A stretch of DNA of 64,000 bases, from the NCBI RefSeq assembly GCF_018350175.1, contig NC_058368.1, positions 10,664,001-10,728,000 of the forward strand. The letters run 5' to 3'. Each line of letters begins with the position of its first letter. Within the stretch, counting starts at the first letter, position 1. The notes below the pieces were generated by a model. The model saw only the letters and a list, made by a program, of their open reading frames with translations. It searched no databases and was not told where the DNA came from. Positions 13,393 through 25,705 of this stretch are shown one piece after another. The position numbers and the translations under genes were made by a program. The DNA is from Felis catus. Taxonomy: Eukaryota.

Positions 13393-13607
13393 GGGGCGCC
13401 TGGGTGGCGCAGTCGGTTAAGCGTCCGACTTCAGCCAGGTCACGATCTCGCGGTCCGGGAGTTCGAGCCCCGCGTTGGGCACTGTGCTGACAGCTCAGAG
13501 CCTGGAGCCTGTTTCCGATTCTGTGTCTCCCTCTCTCTCTGCCCCTCCCCCGTTCATGCTCTGTCTCTCTCTGTCCCAAAAATAAATAAACGTTGAAAAA
13601 AAAAAAA
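13393..13607 (+). mobile_element. Young CAN-SINE (felid SINEC)
   Basis: GGGGCGCCTGGGTGGCGCAGTCGGTTAAGCG...GTTCGAGCCCC; TSD AAAAC(C)AGGGT. Confidence 0.97.
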
Positions 13608-14099
13608 ACAGGGTAAAGAAAAATATTTTTAAAGTAATTAAAGTCATCCTCAAACCATTTAACTTAGTCTAAGTACAGGAAAACTCCCAACTGACCTTTA
13701 ATGCAGTTAGTACTTTGCTTTTATTTATTTTTCAACAATGAGTCTTTATCTCTGGTTTCTGTTTGTTGCTTTATAAACAGTAACTTCCCAACTCAAATCA
13801 ATTGCTTTACCTCTTTGCCATTTCTATAAATATTCCTTCACTGTAATCTCTTTATGTTGCCATTGATCATTTCTACTTTAGTCAAACTACCTTTTATCTT
13901 CTTTAAATCATAACCCCAAGCTACCAGTTTTTTTCATCAGTGTTTCCCTCGTTAGTAACATCCCTTCTTTAATTTACTTCTCCCTTCTTCATTTACACCA
14001 ATGGGGATGATAGAGATAGAGATAGTGATAGATACATGATAAGTTATGTATATGCATACAATGTCACCATGTATCACAATGTGGGGACTCAATTCTCAT

Positions 14100-14207
14100 T
14101 ACCTAACTTGGTGGGTCTGAGTTTAATTTGATTGGTATGGAATGGAACCTGGGCATCAGTGAAGGATTTTAGGTGATTCTGTTGTATCTAGAGATGAGAA
14201 CCACTGA
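14100..14207. mobile_element. MER5B-like hAT MITE fragment
   Basis: TTTAATTTGATTGGT...CCTGGGCATCAGT...AGGTGATTCT...TGAGAACCACTG. Confidence 0.55.
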
Positions 14208-14237
14208 ACTGATTAATCTCTATAAGAGTAACCTCCC

Positions 14238-14467
14238 GGGGCGCCTGGGTGGCGCAGTCGGTTAAGCGTCCGACTTCAGCCAGGTCACGATCTCGCGGTC
14301 CGTGAGTTCGAGCCCCGCGTCAGGCTCTGGGCTGATGGCTCGGAGCCTGGAGCCTGTTTCCCATTCTGTGTCTCCCTCTCTCTCTGCCCCTCCCCCGTTC
14401 ATGCTCTGTCTCTCTCTGTCCCAAAAATAAATAAACGTTGAAAAAAAAAATTAAAAAAAAAAAAAAA
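14238..14467 (+). mobile_element. Young CAN-SINE
   Basis: CpG-rich body, long A tail, perfect TSD AAGAGTAACCTCCC (14224 and 14468). Confidence 0.97.
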
Positions 14468-14519
14468 AAGAGTAACCTCCCTATCTTACAGCTATCCTCA
14501 TCACCTTTCAGTCTATGTA

Positions 14520-14645
14520 GAAATCACTGGAGATGTCAAAATGCAGATTCTGACTCAGTCAAGCTGGGGTCAGGCCTGAGACTCTGCATGTCTGACAATA
14601 TTCCCGGTGATGCTGATGATGCTGGTACACAGACGTTTTGCAAGG
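14520..14645. mobile_element. MER5A-like hAT MITE fragment
   Basis: AAAATGCAGATTCTGACTCAGT...GGCCTGAGACTCTGCAT...GGTGATGCTGATGATGCTGGT. Confidence 0.7.
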
Positions 14646-15152
14646 ATATAGAACATTCTATGGAAATGTAAAAAAAAATGATATGAGAACAAGTGTGAAC
14701 GGCCTGTAAAAGTTTTGGACAATGTAGAAATTATTCTACAACATGGAACTATTATTTATTCGTGGCAAATATTGTTGGATAATAGCTTATTTAGTCATTG
14801 GTTGGGTCAATCAAAAATATCGATTGAGAATCTACCTTGTGGTAGACATTGCCATCTCACATCTAATGTAATTATTTGGAAGATCTAAGCATTTAAAGTT
14901 TAAAGCATATCGATAATGCGCTCTAAAATTCAATTATGAATTATGACATGCATTGATTTGCCTATTATCTGTCTTTACTTATGGTTACCAAAGGCTTCTC
15001 TCATTGGCTCTTAATGGAGTTTAACGTAAGAGTGATTAAGAGTATTTCATGTTAATCCATTATCAGAAGTTAGTAGGCTTATCCATCCCAGAGTTGTCAT
15101 CAATGTGCCTCAGCTCGATGCTTAAGCTTTCTAATTAGAAATTTACCTCTTT

Positions 15153-15384
15153 GGGGTGCCTGGGTAGCTCAGTCGGTTAAGTGTTGGACTTCAGCTCAGG
15201 TCATGATCTCATGGTTCGTGGGGTAGAGCCGTGTGTCAGGCTCGGTGCTGGCAGCTTGGAGCCTGGAGCCTGCTTAGGATTCTGTGTCTCCCTCTCTCTC
15301 TCTCTCTCTGCCACTCCCTGGCTCACACTCTGTCTCTCTCTTTCAAAAATAAATAAAAGTGTTAACAAAAAAAATTTTTTTTAA
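15153..15384 (+). mobile_element. CAN-SINE
   Basis: SINE body; TSD AGAAAT(T/G)TACCTC(C)TT. Confidence 0.93.
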
Positions 15385-16632
15385 AGAAATGTACCTCCTT
15401 GTGTCTTAGTTCAGTTCTCTCAGAGGAGAATGTGGCTGATCCCACTATTTTTATTTTTTTTTTCTTTGAGCCAGGCTGCACCTGTTGTAGATGCTGGCCA
15501 GCCCATGGACATACCCTTGGGTCAGATTTCTAGCTCTTCCAAAAGTCAATCAGCTATGGTCATGGAGAGTGGGTCCAATCTGCTTACTTAGTGGGCCCAT
15601 GGGTGGAGTACAAAAGGGTGGTAAGATTGCCAAAATAGTTGTAAAATTTAAAAATTGTGTAGTTTCACAAAGATGTGCTGCTTCAACTTCTTTCAGCTAG
15701 ATACAAACGGGACAAAACCAGAATCACCAAGGTTTTATTTATAAAACCTTGCACCAAAAAGTTTTGTATTAAAAAAGTGGTGATTCAAAAGCATTCCTTT
15801 TCTTTCTTTCTTAAGAGATTTTTCAAAAACTTTAGAACTAAGTAAGCAATTGCCCAAAGCCTTCAGGAATTCCAAAGTTTCTACTATTAGTCACATTTTA
15901 TTTAATTATTTTAATTGATTCCAAAGTTTTGAGTAAAAATTAAATATAATAGTATAAATATACCCAATCAGAAAGGCTCCAACATATGAACCTGCTTAAA
16001 TATAAACAAGACTAAGAGAAGGCATATTCTTAATTGAGAAATGCTCCTGAACTCAGTTTTATGACACAATTGAGAAAAGACCAACTTAAATATTTTCTTC
16101 TTAATAAGAAGATTTTATAAAGACTCATGCTGTAAACATTTGGAAAAGGGATTAAAGCAATTTTAAATTCAGTTTGGAAGCCCTTCTAACTCGGGATGAT
16201 CTACTTCTTAGACCAAAGTACCGAGCAACAGATCTTAAGGAACTTGGAAAAAGTCAGGAACAAGGAAATTAAAGGGAGATATATGGAAATGTAAAAAGAT
16301 GTGTCCTTAGAATCATGGGATAATAGAATCTCAGTTTTGGGGAAAGATCTACTGTGTGTTTTCCTTTACAACATCTTTGCCTGCCTCTCTCCCTCCCTTC
16401 CTAGATTTCTTTTTCTTTTCTTCTTTCCTTCCTTCCCTTCTTTCTTTTTAAAACTATTGAGGATCACTTATTGTACTCTACAGAATCATAAAGTTGCATT
16501 GTACATGTATAACAAGCATAAGATTCTGGGTTTTCCTCCCAAAACGGTTCTAAGAAATCAAAACTCAAACATGAAATAGGTTTTCACCTTGGCCATATAT
16601 TTATCCATTGTGCCCTTTGTTTTGATTATTTA

Positions 16633-16851
16633 AAAAAAAATTTTTTTTAACGTTTATTTATTTTTGAGACAGAGAGAGACAGAGCATGAACGGGGGAGGG
16701 TCAGAGAGAGAGGGAGACACAGAGTCGGAAACAGGCTCCAGGCTCTGAGCTGTCAGCACAGTGCCCAACGCGGGGCTTGGACTCCCGGACCGCGAGATCA
16801 TGACCTGAGCCGAAGTCGGACGCTTAACCGACTGAGCCACCCAGGTTCCCC
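16633..16851 (-). mobile_element. CAN-SINE
   Basis: SINE body; TSD TTGATT(A/G)TTTA. Confidence 0.95.
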
Positions 16852-16864
16852 TTGATTGTTTACT

Positions 16865-16866
<2 letters not shown>

Positions 16867-16903
<37 letters not shown>

Positions 16904-17148
16904 TTTTAATTTTTTCTTTTCCAACGTTTATTTATTTTTGGGACCAACGTTTATTTATTTTTGGGACAGAGAAAGACAGAGCATGAACGGGGGAGGGGCA
17001 GAGAGAGAGGGAGACACAGAATCGGAAACAGGCTCCAGGCTCTGAGCCATCAGCCCAGAGCCCGACGCGGGGCTCGAACTCCCGGACCGCGAGATCGTGA
17101 CCTGAGCCGAAGTCGGACGCTTAACTGACTGAGCCACCCAGGCGCCCC
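16867..17148 (-). mobile_element. Young CAN-SINE with (ATTT)n tail and 23-bp tandem duplication
   Basis: Perfect TSD TTGATTGTTTACTTT at 16852 and 17149. Confidence 0.95.
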
Positions 17149-17178
17149 TTGATTGTTTACTTTAAAATGCAGTATGTA

Positions 17179-17443
17179 GGGGTGCCAGGGTGGCTCAGTC
17201 AGGTAAGTGTCCACTTCGGCTCAGGTCATGATCTCACGGTTTTTGAGTTTGAGCCCCGCGTTGGACTCCGTGCTGACAGCTCAGAGCCTGGAACCTACTT
17301 CAGATTCTGGGTTTCCCTCTTTCTGCCCCTTCCCTGATCACACACTGTTTCTCTTTCTCAAAAATTAAAGAAATTTAAACATTAAAGAAATTAAAGAAAT
17401 TTAAGACATTAAAGAAATTTAAAATAAAATTATAAAATAAAGT
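17179..17443 (+). mobile_element. CAN-SINE (older) with repetitive tail
   Basis: SINE body; flanked by AAAATGCAG. Confidence 0.9.
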
Positions 17444-17452
17444 AAAATGCAG

Positions 17453-17536
17453 AAAGAGTTGAATCACTAAATTCTACACCTGAAACTAATATTATTCTGT
17501 ATAACAAACTAGAATTTAAATAAAAACTTGAAAAAA
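17453..17536 (+). mobile_element. Extremely 5'-truncated carnivore L1 (terminal ~85 bp)
   Basis: GAATCACTAAATTCTACACCTGAAACTAATATT...ATTTAAATAAAAACTT matches the L1 terminus at 39353-39425; flanked by AAAATGCAG. Confidence 0.85.
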
Positions 17537-19434
17537 ATGCAGTATGATTAGATACGAACAAGCTATACTTTGATAAATATTTGGAATGAGCATTTCCTTC
17601 CCTTTCAAAGTAGAAAGTACAATTGCAATGACTAAAAATAAACATTCTTGTGTGGATTATTTATTGTTTGATTATCAATATGTAAGACCCACAGATTAGG
17701 TAGTGATTGCCATTCATGCCCTCCAAACTTCATATAGCTATTTTATTTGGCTTCTGAAGAAAATGAGGGGGTTTTTTTTGTATAAATTATAGTCACAAAG
17801 TTAATAACAAAGTTATCTTCTAGAACTTCCTCAGATAGTGATCTTTACAAAACCCACTCCCACAGTATGCGAAACCTGTAAACTAAGAATCAGAACTCAC
17901 GGGTTGGAACACATTTATCTTAACTCCAGATCTTTGGAGTCTACCCTAATCTCTCAACCCCAAAGTCTCAGGTACAAAGGACGGATTTCTTAGAAATGGT
18001 AACTCTTCCAATTGTTGGAACTGTGAAGCTCCCACACATGTAAGTTTCTGTTTACTCTGCCTGATAATTGGTGGGTACAGCGAGGTGGTATATTTCATAC
18101 AGTCTTTGGTTTCCACATTGTATTGGAAAGATACAGGAGAGATGATGGCATACCCGATATGAGGCCACCCTAACTGTGTTGAATCTAAAGGCAGTGCTTT
18201 CTCTCCCCTCTCTCTCTGAAGAGAACTACTTAGGATGGAAATTGTTAAAGAAAATTCGACAGAGCTTTTTCTTAAGGACCTCAGGAATACAGGAAAACCA
18301 CTTTGGCAGTAGAGGATGAATTGCGTTGGAATGTGGAAAGGACAGAGGTGGTTAGGAGTTGAAGGAATTCACTGTAGCAGGCAGGCATCAAGCTAGGGTG
18401 GGAGCCGGGCAATGAGGTGAAAGAAAGGAAGGAGAAGTACATATGGCAGACAAGAAAAAGTGAAAAATAACTGAGTTTGGCAACTGCCTGCAGCTAGAGT
18501 TTCCAGAGAAGGGCTGATTCTGAATTTACCACGTGAACGATTGGGAGACAAAAATAGCTTTATCTTGGCTGTTTCTGGTTGGAGGAATAACAGGTTATTT
18601 TCACAATATGCTGGGTCTGAGCTGGTGAGACATCCAAGTGCTAATGCCCACTGGTTGTTTTTCTATTTTCAATTCCAAGACCATTGGTTTTCTTCTGCAC
18701 TCATAAGTATGACTCACGAAGTCCTTATTTTTAGAAAGGGAGAAAGTTTAAGTGGTCATTTATAGGATTTAACAATCTAACATTATATGCTCAGAAATGA
18801 CAGAAGAATAACCAAAAATATCATTGAAAGGAAGAAAAATAAATCAGAGTCAATAACTCCACTTAAACATCCTTTATTTCTCGAGTCAAGGGTTTAATCA
18901 GAATTGATTTGATGTGCTTCAGTGGCTCAAAGCAACTATCTACCTACTATTAGCAAATACACAGAGGCACAAATTTTATTGATGGTGAGTTAACAGGTGT
19001 CATCTCCACAGGTAAGAAAGCAAATATGAATATAGATAAATATGGTTTGGTTGTGGCTAAGGAGCGTGCAAAAATAAATTATTTACATAAAATTAAGTTA
19101 AAGCTTTAAAAAAAAAACCTTTAAAACTTAAGCTGAGAATTCTTAATTCTTAGAGGTATAACTGAAAAACTTTTCTTTCAAAATGAATTGCAGTTTACAA
19201 GGCAAATTTAGTATCTATTTTCTGGCGCAAACTGCATCTCAAGTCTTTGGAGGATTATCATACCCTCATGAGGGTTTCAGAACTAGTTGATATGTCTAAA
19301 GTTGACCAAAAAACGGGATCTCCTATTTAGAGTTTCTGATTTCTAAATTCAATATTCTTTTCATTAAAACTTACTGCATGGCAATTTTTTTAAATATATA
19401 TTTGTGGGAGATGATATATCTTTCCTAACTTCTT

Positions 19435-19649
19435 AAGTTTTTTTTTAATATTTGTTTATTTTTGAGAGAGACAGACAGACAGAGACAGAGTGTGAGAGGG
19501 GCAGGGGCAGGGAGAGAGGGAGACGCAAAATCCAAAGCAGGCTCCAGGCTCTGAGCTGTCAGCACAGAGAGGGACGTTGGCCTCACAAACTGTGAGATCA
19601 TGACCTGAGCCAAAGTTGGACACTTAACTGTCTGAGTCACCCAAGCGCC
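19435..19649 (-). mobile_element. CAN-SINE
   Basis: TSD TTTCCTAACTTCTT (19421 and 19650). Confidence 0.93.
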
Positions 19650-19709
19650 TTTCCTAACTTCTTTTAAACATTAAGAAAAAGTCTGTCTGTTGAATGACTT
19701 AAACTTTTT

Positions 19710-19935
19710 TTATTTTTTTTAATTTTTTTTTTCAACGTTTATTTATTTTTGGGACAGAGAGAGACAGAGCATGAACGGGGGAGGGGCAGAGAGAGAGGGA
19801 GACACAGAATCGGAAACAGGCTCCAGGCTCTGAGCCATCAGCCCAGGGCCTGACGCGGGGCTCGAACTCCCGGACCGCGAGATCGTGACCTGGCTGAAGT
19901 CGGACGCTTAACCGACTGCGCCACCCAGGCGCCCC
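19710..19935 (-). mobile_element. Young CAN-SINE
   Basis: TSD TGACTTAAACTTTTT (19695 and 19936). Confidence 0.97.
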
Positions 19936-20157
19936 TGACTTAAACTTTTTGATTCACAATTTTAATGCTTTACCTATTGAAGTCCACTGAGGAAAACAGA
20001 AACTGTATATGTTATTTTAACAAAGATAATTTAATATAGGGGAGTTGAGAGCAAAAAGTAATATAGAAATAACTGTGGGAAGCAACTACTATCCTGGGGC
20101 TAGGGGAATAAAGGGAAGTTGGAAGTTGGGGGGGCATGCATGGAAATGGTAAATGGC

Positions 20158-20685
20158 TACTGACGACTGAATTGTGTCGCCCCTCCCAACCCCTCCTAAT
20201 TCATATGTTGAAGGCCTAATCCCCAATGCGATGGTTTGGAGGCCTTTGGAAATAATTAGAGTTGGATGGTGATGAGGGTGGAGTCCTTATGATGAGATTA
20301 GCATCCTTACAATAAAGGCACCAGATAGCTCTCTCTCTTTTTTTCTTGAAGTATAACTGACGTACAGTGTCCTGTTAGTTTCAGATGTACAATAGTTTCA
20401 ACGATTCTATACATTACTCAGTGCTCATTATAGTAAGTGTACTCCTAATTCCTTTTATATATTTCATTCATCCCGCCACCCACAGAAAACTCTCTTTTTC
20501 TCTGCCTTGTGGGGATATGGCAAGAAGGTGGCTGTCTGCAAGCCAGGAAGAGAGCTCTGTCCAGAACCAGAAATGCTGGCACCCTGATCTTGGGCTTCCA
20601 GCCTCCGGAGCTGTGAGAATAAATTTCTGTGTTTTAAGCAACCCAATCTATGCTACTCTGCTATGGCAATCGGAATTCTAAGACA
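20158..20685 (+). mobile_element. MaLR solo LTR (MLT1A-like) interrupted by an L1 tail
   Basis: GACTGAATTGTGTC...TTCATATGTTGAAG...CTGTCTGCAAGCCAGGAAGAGAG...CTTCCAGCCTCC...CTAAGACA. Confidence 0.85.
20338..20482 (-). mobile_element. Short carnivore L1 3'-end fragment
   Basis: T-run then TTGAAGTATAACTGAC...TTAGTTTCAGATGTACAA...ACTCAGTGCTCAT (antisense L1 terminus). Confidence 0.75.
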
Positions 20686-20865
20686 ATGAGTAAGGGGACA
20701 TTGACATGATATTGGCAATGTCGACTGAAGGTATTTGCAGAGAATAATTTTTTAGTTTAGATTAGTTTGTTTTATCCGATGCCACAAAAAGTCAACTTCA
20801 TCTTTTGAGGGGTTTGAGATATTCTGAAAAACCGTTGTGCAGACTCCAGTGATATTAAGATAAGT

Positions 20866-21092
20866 CAGTGGTATACAAAGGGTGGGCTACTGGGATAGTA
20901 GCTCTCTGGCATAGGCAGTAAAGAGATAATTGATCCTAGATAACTAAAAACCAACAATAAAACTGATTAAAAGTCTGTCTGCTTTTATTATCACAACGCA
21001 CTGGCAATTCTAAACAACGTCCGTGGTAAAATATTCTTCCTTCATGGGCCAGCCACTTTCTCTCCCCCACCCCATTCCCTGTTTGTGCTGCT
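20866..21092. mobile_element. MER97-like hAT-Tip100 DNA transposon relic
   Basis: CAGTGGTATACAAAGGG start; AATAAAACTGATTAAAAGTCTGTCTGCTTTTATTATCAC...GGCAATTCTAAACAA resembles recalled MER97 consensus. Confidence 0.65.
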
Positions 21093-21469
21093 GGAATAAA
21101 CTGTTATACGTTCTAGGAAAATATATTTAGAGGACAAATTGTTTTAAAAGTCACTTTTCCCCACTGCTTTGGATTCTGCAAATGAATGAATGAATGGCTG
21201 TACCTAAATATATTAAATCACTTACTCAGGTAGCCCCGGTATCAAATGTAGCCATACTGAAGAAAACTACTATGGTTACATGCCCGTGATCTTTCAGCAT
21301 GAGCAGAGAGTCAGAGCTGAACGAACAAGAGAACAGTTTCTACACCTTCTGAGATAATAACCAGCTCTTGTGCCGGGTGAAGCCCCTACCTACTCTATTG
21401 TCGGAGAGAAATGGATACGCAAACGCCAGTTAATTATAATTAATCAGTTGTAATTATCCACTAATGCCC

Positions 21470-22302
21470 TTCAAAATCCTTGTTATTGGGGTGACTGTAC
21501 CACATGGTCATTCAGAGACCCAGGTTATTATTCAGGGCTTCCATTTTATTGCTTCACAACCTCCAAGGATATTGAATTTATCAGTCTGGGAGAATTAGGG
21601 CACCGCCTTGTTTCTGTCTTAGCCCCCGGGATGTGGAAGGCAAGTGATGTGTGTTTTGAAAGCAAGTAACATGGATGAAGCATATACCACGTTCCTTCAT
21701 ATTCCACAACTTAAAACATTCTCTAGGGGAACTGACCATAGTATAGTATCACAACACTAGTTTAAAAGAGCTTACACACCTATTCTGGGATCTAGCAAGT
21801 AAAAGACACAAATGTCATTTCCATTAAGCCCTGTCTACTCTTTTTTTTTATTTTTTTTTTTAAACAATTTTTTTTTAATGTTTTTAACGTTTATTTATTT
21901 TTGAGACAGAGAGAGACAGAGCATGAACGGGGGAGGGTCAGAGAGAGAGGGAGACACAGAATCGGAAACAGGCTCCAGGCTCTGAGTGGTCAGCACAGAG
22001 CCCTACGCGGGGCTCGAACTCACGGACTGTGAGATCGTGACCTGAGCCGCTTAACCAACTGAGCCACCCAGGCGCCCCAAGCTCTGTCTACTCTTTATAT
22101 CCTAATTGCCAAGGTTGAAAAAACTACCTGCTTAACCAATTTATCATTGAGAAACCAGCCCTAGAGAACTTATTCACTTGCTACATCTAGCAGCAAGGGA
22201 AGCTGGGAAATGGAGTCTATACACAGATGATCACAGGCCCAGTTTGAATTAATTGAATTGCTATGGGAAAAAATTCTGGGGAACCGTTAGCAGCGTGCCA
22301 TA
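21470..22302 (-). mobile_element. Fragmentary old MLT1 (K/L-like) LTR pieces around the SINE
   Basis: GTCATTCAGAGACCCAGG and AGCAAGGGAAGCTGGGAAATGGAGTCT...TTAGCAGCGTGCCATA motifs. Confidence 0.4.
21844..22078 (-). mobile_element. CAN-SINE with 10-bp deletion in the tRNA-like head
   Basis: TSD AAGC(C/T)CTGTCTACTCTTT; CCTGAGCCGCTTAACC versus CCTGAGCCGAAGTCGGACGCTTAACC in other copies. Confidence 0.95.
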
Positions 22303-22570
22303 AACAATATGCATTATCTCTCAGCTAAAAAGTTAAAAACAACTCAGTTCATAGTCCAGATAGCAGGTTTTAGTCCCAGCTTCCAGAGATGAAATTGACA
22401 GATTAGTAAACATGCATTCTCGCAGACATAATGATGTCAAAATGTTCTGATGAAATCAGTATCCATAGTTGCATTTTATTTCAGAACACCCTTTTTCTTG
22501 CCAGATAGGGAAAAGCTTATTTATGCTCCTCGGTGTAAGAACAAGGCCAACAATTAAAATATAGCAACTT

Positions 22571-22847
22571 GGGGCGCCTGGGTGGCGCAGTCAGTTGGGC
22601 GTCCGACTTCAGCCAGGTCACGATCTCACGGTCCGTGAGTTCGAGCTCTGCATCAGGCTCTGGGCTGATGGCTCAGAGCCTGGAGCCTGTTTCCAATTCT
22701 GTGTCTCCCTCTCTCTCTGCCCCTCCCCCATTCATGCTCTGTCTCTCTCTGTCCCAAAAATAAATAAACGTTGAAAAAAATAAAATAAAATAAATAAAAT
22801 AAAAAAATAAAATAAATAAAATTAAATAAAATATAAAAAAAATAAAA
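22571..22847 (+). mobile_element. CAN-SINE with (TAAAA)n tail
   Basis: TSD AAAATATAGCAACTT. Confidence 0.97.
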
Positions 22848-23664
22848 TAAAATATAGCAACTTGCTTAACACTTAGAAAACCTTTATCTAAACAATATAA
22901 ACTTAATTCATTTCAACCCTTACATTTTTTTTGGAGGCTTTTAACCCAAGGTCTACACAGATTAAAAAAAAAATTTTTTTTTAGATGGAACAATGCTGTA
23001 TAAAAAACCAGGGACAGATGTTACTTAGTCAAATGTACAATGATCCACAGAATTACTGGGAAGCCACCATCTATCATGATAGCCAGTATTTCCTTCATTA
23101 AGGTCAAATCAGTAATCAGTAACTCAACCTCAGCTTGCCTACTTTGTCTTATAACTAGGAGCACAGTAGTTCACTACTGGCCATGATACTGACTGTATTG
23201 TAAGATTCAAGTTGTCAAAATTTTCTGTGGGGTCATTTCTATCTATCATTTTGGCATCACTCTGTTTTTCACTATATTACTGCCCAGCAGTGAAGCTGGT
23301 ATTACAATTGTCTGCATAGGCTAGTTCATGGAAGAATAAAGAACTTATTTTTTCTTGGTAAGGGATGATTTAAACAATAGGATTACCACATTTACTTCTC
23401 CTTGAAAATGTTGATACAACATTTGCATAAAATGTAACAAAAACACCCGCTTTGAGTCTTATTACAAGATCTCTTACTACTATGCAGGGGTCCGGTTGAC
23501 TGCTGTATGAAGAGTGATCAGTATGTTAGAGCATGGGTAGAAGAAATGCAGTCTGTGTATTATGTAACATTTGGAAGTAAAATAATTTATTTTGCATAAA
23601 TGTCAAAACCTGATTTTTCTCATTAAAATACAGCTGCTTCCAGGATAAAAATTCATGTGTACAT

Positions 23665-24235
23665 CTTGGACTTACAGAATCATAACGGTCAGAGGAAATC
23701 TTAGAGGGCATCCAGTTAAACATTTCCCTAAGGCATATGGTACTTCTTTATCATTCCTGACTAATTATCCTTCATTTATTTCTATTTGAATGCTTCTGGT
23801 GAGGCATTTCCAGTTCCATTTCATCATTCCATTGATGGGCCGCTCTAAACTGTCTTTTAAAATATCTTTCTTATTCTCAACGGCCTTCTCTGAAACAGCG
23901 GAGCATAAATCTCTTCCCACTTCTATGTGATTATATGTTAAATATTTAGGCATTATTATGCTTGTACTGAGGCTTTTCTAGGCTAAATATTATCAAATGT
24001 TTCAGTAATCCTTGATTGAAATGGTTTCCTGTCCCATTACTATGCTGATGAACTTCCTCTGGACACACTTCTGCTTTTCAATGTCCTTCAGAAAATGGAT
24101 ACAAATGTGTTATGACTATTCCAGAGAACATAGTCCAGTAAATAACCTTGAATGAACTGGATATTATGCATTTGCTGATGAAAGGAATAGGACATTAGCT
24201 GTGTCACATGAAATTATCTTGTTTAATGGCCTAGG
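23665..24235 (-). mobile_element. L3/CR1 LINE 3' relic
   Basis: AGAATCATA...CTTAGAGGGCATCCAG, CCATTGATGGGCCGCTCTA and CTTCCTCTGGACACACTTC...TCAATGTCCTTC resemble antisense CR1/L3. Confidence 0.55.
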
Positions 24236-25404
24236 GAAGGCTTCTCAAACCCAAACACGGCTTTTCAAAGGGTCTATATTTCAATCACTAAAGACTTTAT
24301 TTATTCTTTTGACCAAGAAAGATTTTTATTTATGTTAAAATGTTTAATCTTTTTCCTTCAAGACATTTATAGAGTCCTCTAGTAAAATATAAGTCAATTG
24401 GTATGGGTAATATCTTAAAATTTTTCAGCTGACACTTATTCAGAATTAATTTACAACTGGATTGAGACAAAGAGAGAAGAAAAGGGAGTAAGATAGCTCA
24501 TAAAAATAAGAGATATCAATAATACCATTCCCATGAAGACACTAAGAAGGAACTGGGAAGATACCAAAGAATAAATTTGCCCACCACACAACGTTCATGG
24601 CTTTTAATGCATTGTTTTGTATTTTCTGACCCTTAGGTAATGTACGCACTTGTAAGTTACTTTATATCTCAAACTCAGAAGAAAACTACAAAGGGTCTAA
24701 AAAAGATAGCTGGAAAGAGCAAGATATAGTGAAAACTATATAATCTGTGGCATCACATCTGAAATATAGACCTGCCTCCGCTACCATACATTTCCCCCTT
24801 TTTATTTTTTAAAGTGCCACACTTAAAGACGAGATGGCAGCCCAAGATAGTGGCATGGGAAGATCCTGAGCTCATCTACGTCCACAGACAAACTGAATCT
24901 ACTGCTACATATGGAACGATTCCCTCTAGAGCAGACCTGAAAACTAGCTTAAACGCTAATGCTAACAGGGCCAGATCAAGATGGATAGGAGAGGCAAAGA
25001 CAAGTTCTTGCCCCAAAACCGCTGGCACGACAACTACAATTAGGAGAGCTGACACAAATCTGGAACTCCTCCATAAACAGCAAGGGGTTTGTGCTTCACA
25101 TCAGGCACCATAACCCTGTGACCTACCCTGGAGAGATACACTGAAATGTCTGGCTTTAAAAACCAATGGGACTTATGTCCAAGAGATACACGAGGTTGTG
25201 GGGAACACAGATACTGCTCTTAAATGGCTCATGTACAGATTTGCTCACCCTGGGGGCCAGCACAAAAGCATCAGTGACAAATGCCTAGACTCTACGTGAC
25301 GTGGATTCATGTTTTAATCTGAAAGCATCTGCTGGAGAGATAGGGGACTGTTGGGACGCTCTTTGGGGATGAAGGTACGGGTGGGTGTCACTTTTGTGTC
25401 ACTG

Positions 25405-25705
25405 CTGATACTGAGAGGTCTGTACAGTCCGCTCTCCTACCACCTCACAAGAGCCAGTGGGTATGCCCTGGCCCAGTGCTCTTTCTCTCTCCCTTGCTAA
25501 CACTGGCAGGTACACCCCGGTCTGACACTCCCCCACTGCTCCACTAAACCCAGCAGGCATGTCTTGGCCCTGTTCTCTCTCTCTGCCCTACTAAAGCTGG
25601 CAGGTATGTCTTAGCCCTGCACTCTCTCGTGTCTTGCTGAAGCCAGGGGGTGTGCCCTAGCACTGTGATCTCTGGGTGTCTTGCTAATGCCAGCAGGTAC
25701 ATGAA
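25405..25705 (+). repeat. Degenerate ~46-47 bp tandem array in L1 #1 5'UTR
   Basis: CT(A/G)A..C.GCAGG(T/C)A unit starts at ~25497, 25544, 25591, 25637 and 25684. Confidence 0.75.

Noticed and set aside
13393..13475. tRNA gene (A and B boxes)
   Set aside because: tRNA-derived SINE head followed by (CT)n, A tail and TSD; the same applies to all other copies.
17950..18200. Stop-free minus-strand frame after a TTTAG acceptor-like site
   Set aside because: No recognisable protein, no convincing donor and no partner exons.
13046..18937. Exact 15-mer TGGCTCAAAGCAACT at 13046 and 18923
   Set aside because: A 15-bp match is expected by chance in 64 kb and the flanks do not align.
13316..22763. Recurrent near-identical short ORFs (MAQSVKRPTSAQV..., MGQRETEHERGRG...) suggesting a peptide family
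   Set aside because: They are translations of CAN-SINE sequence in either orientation.
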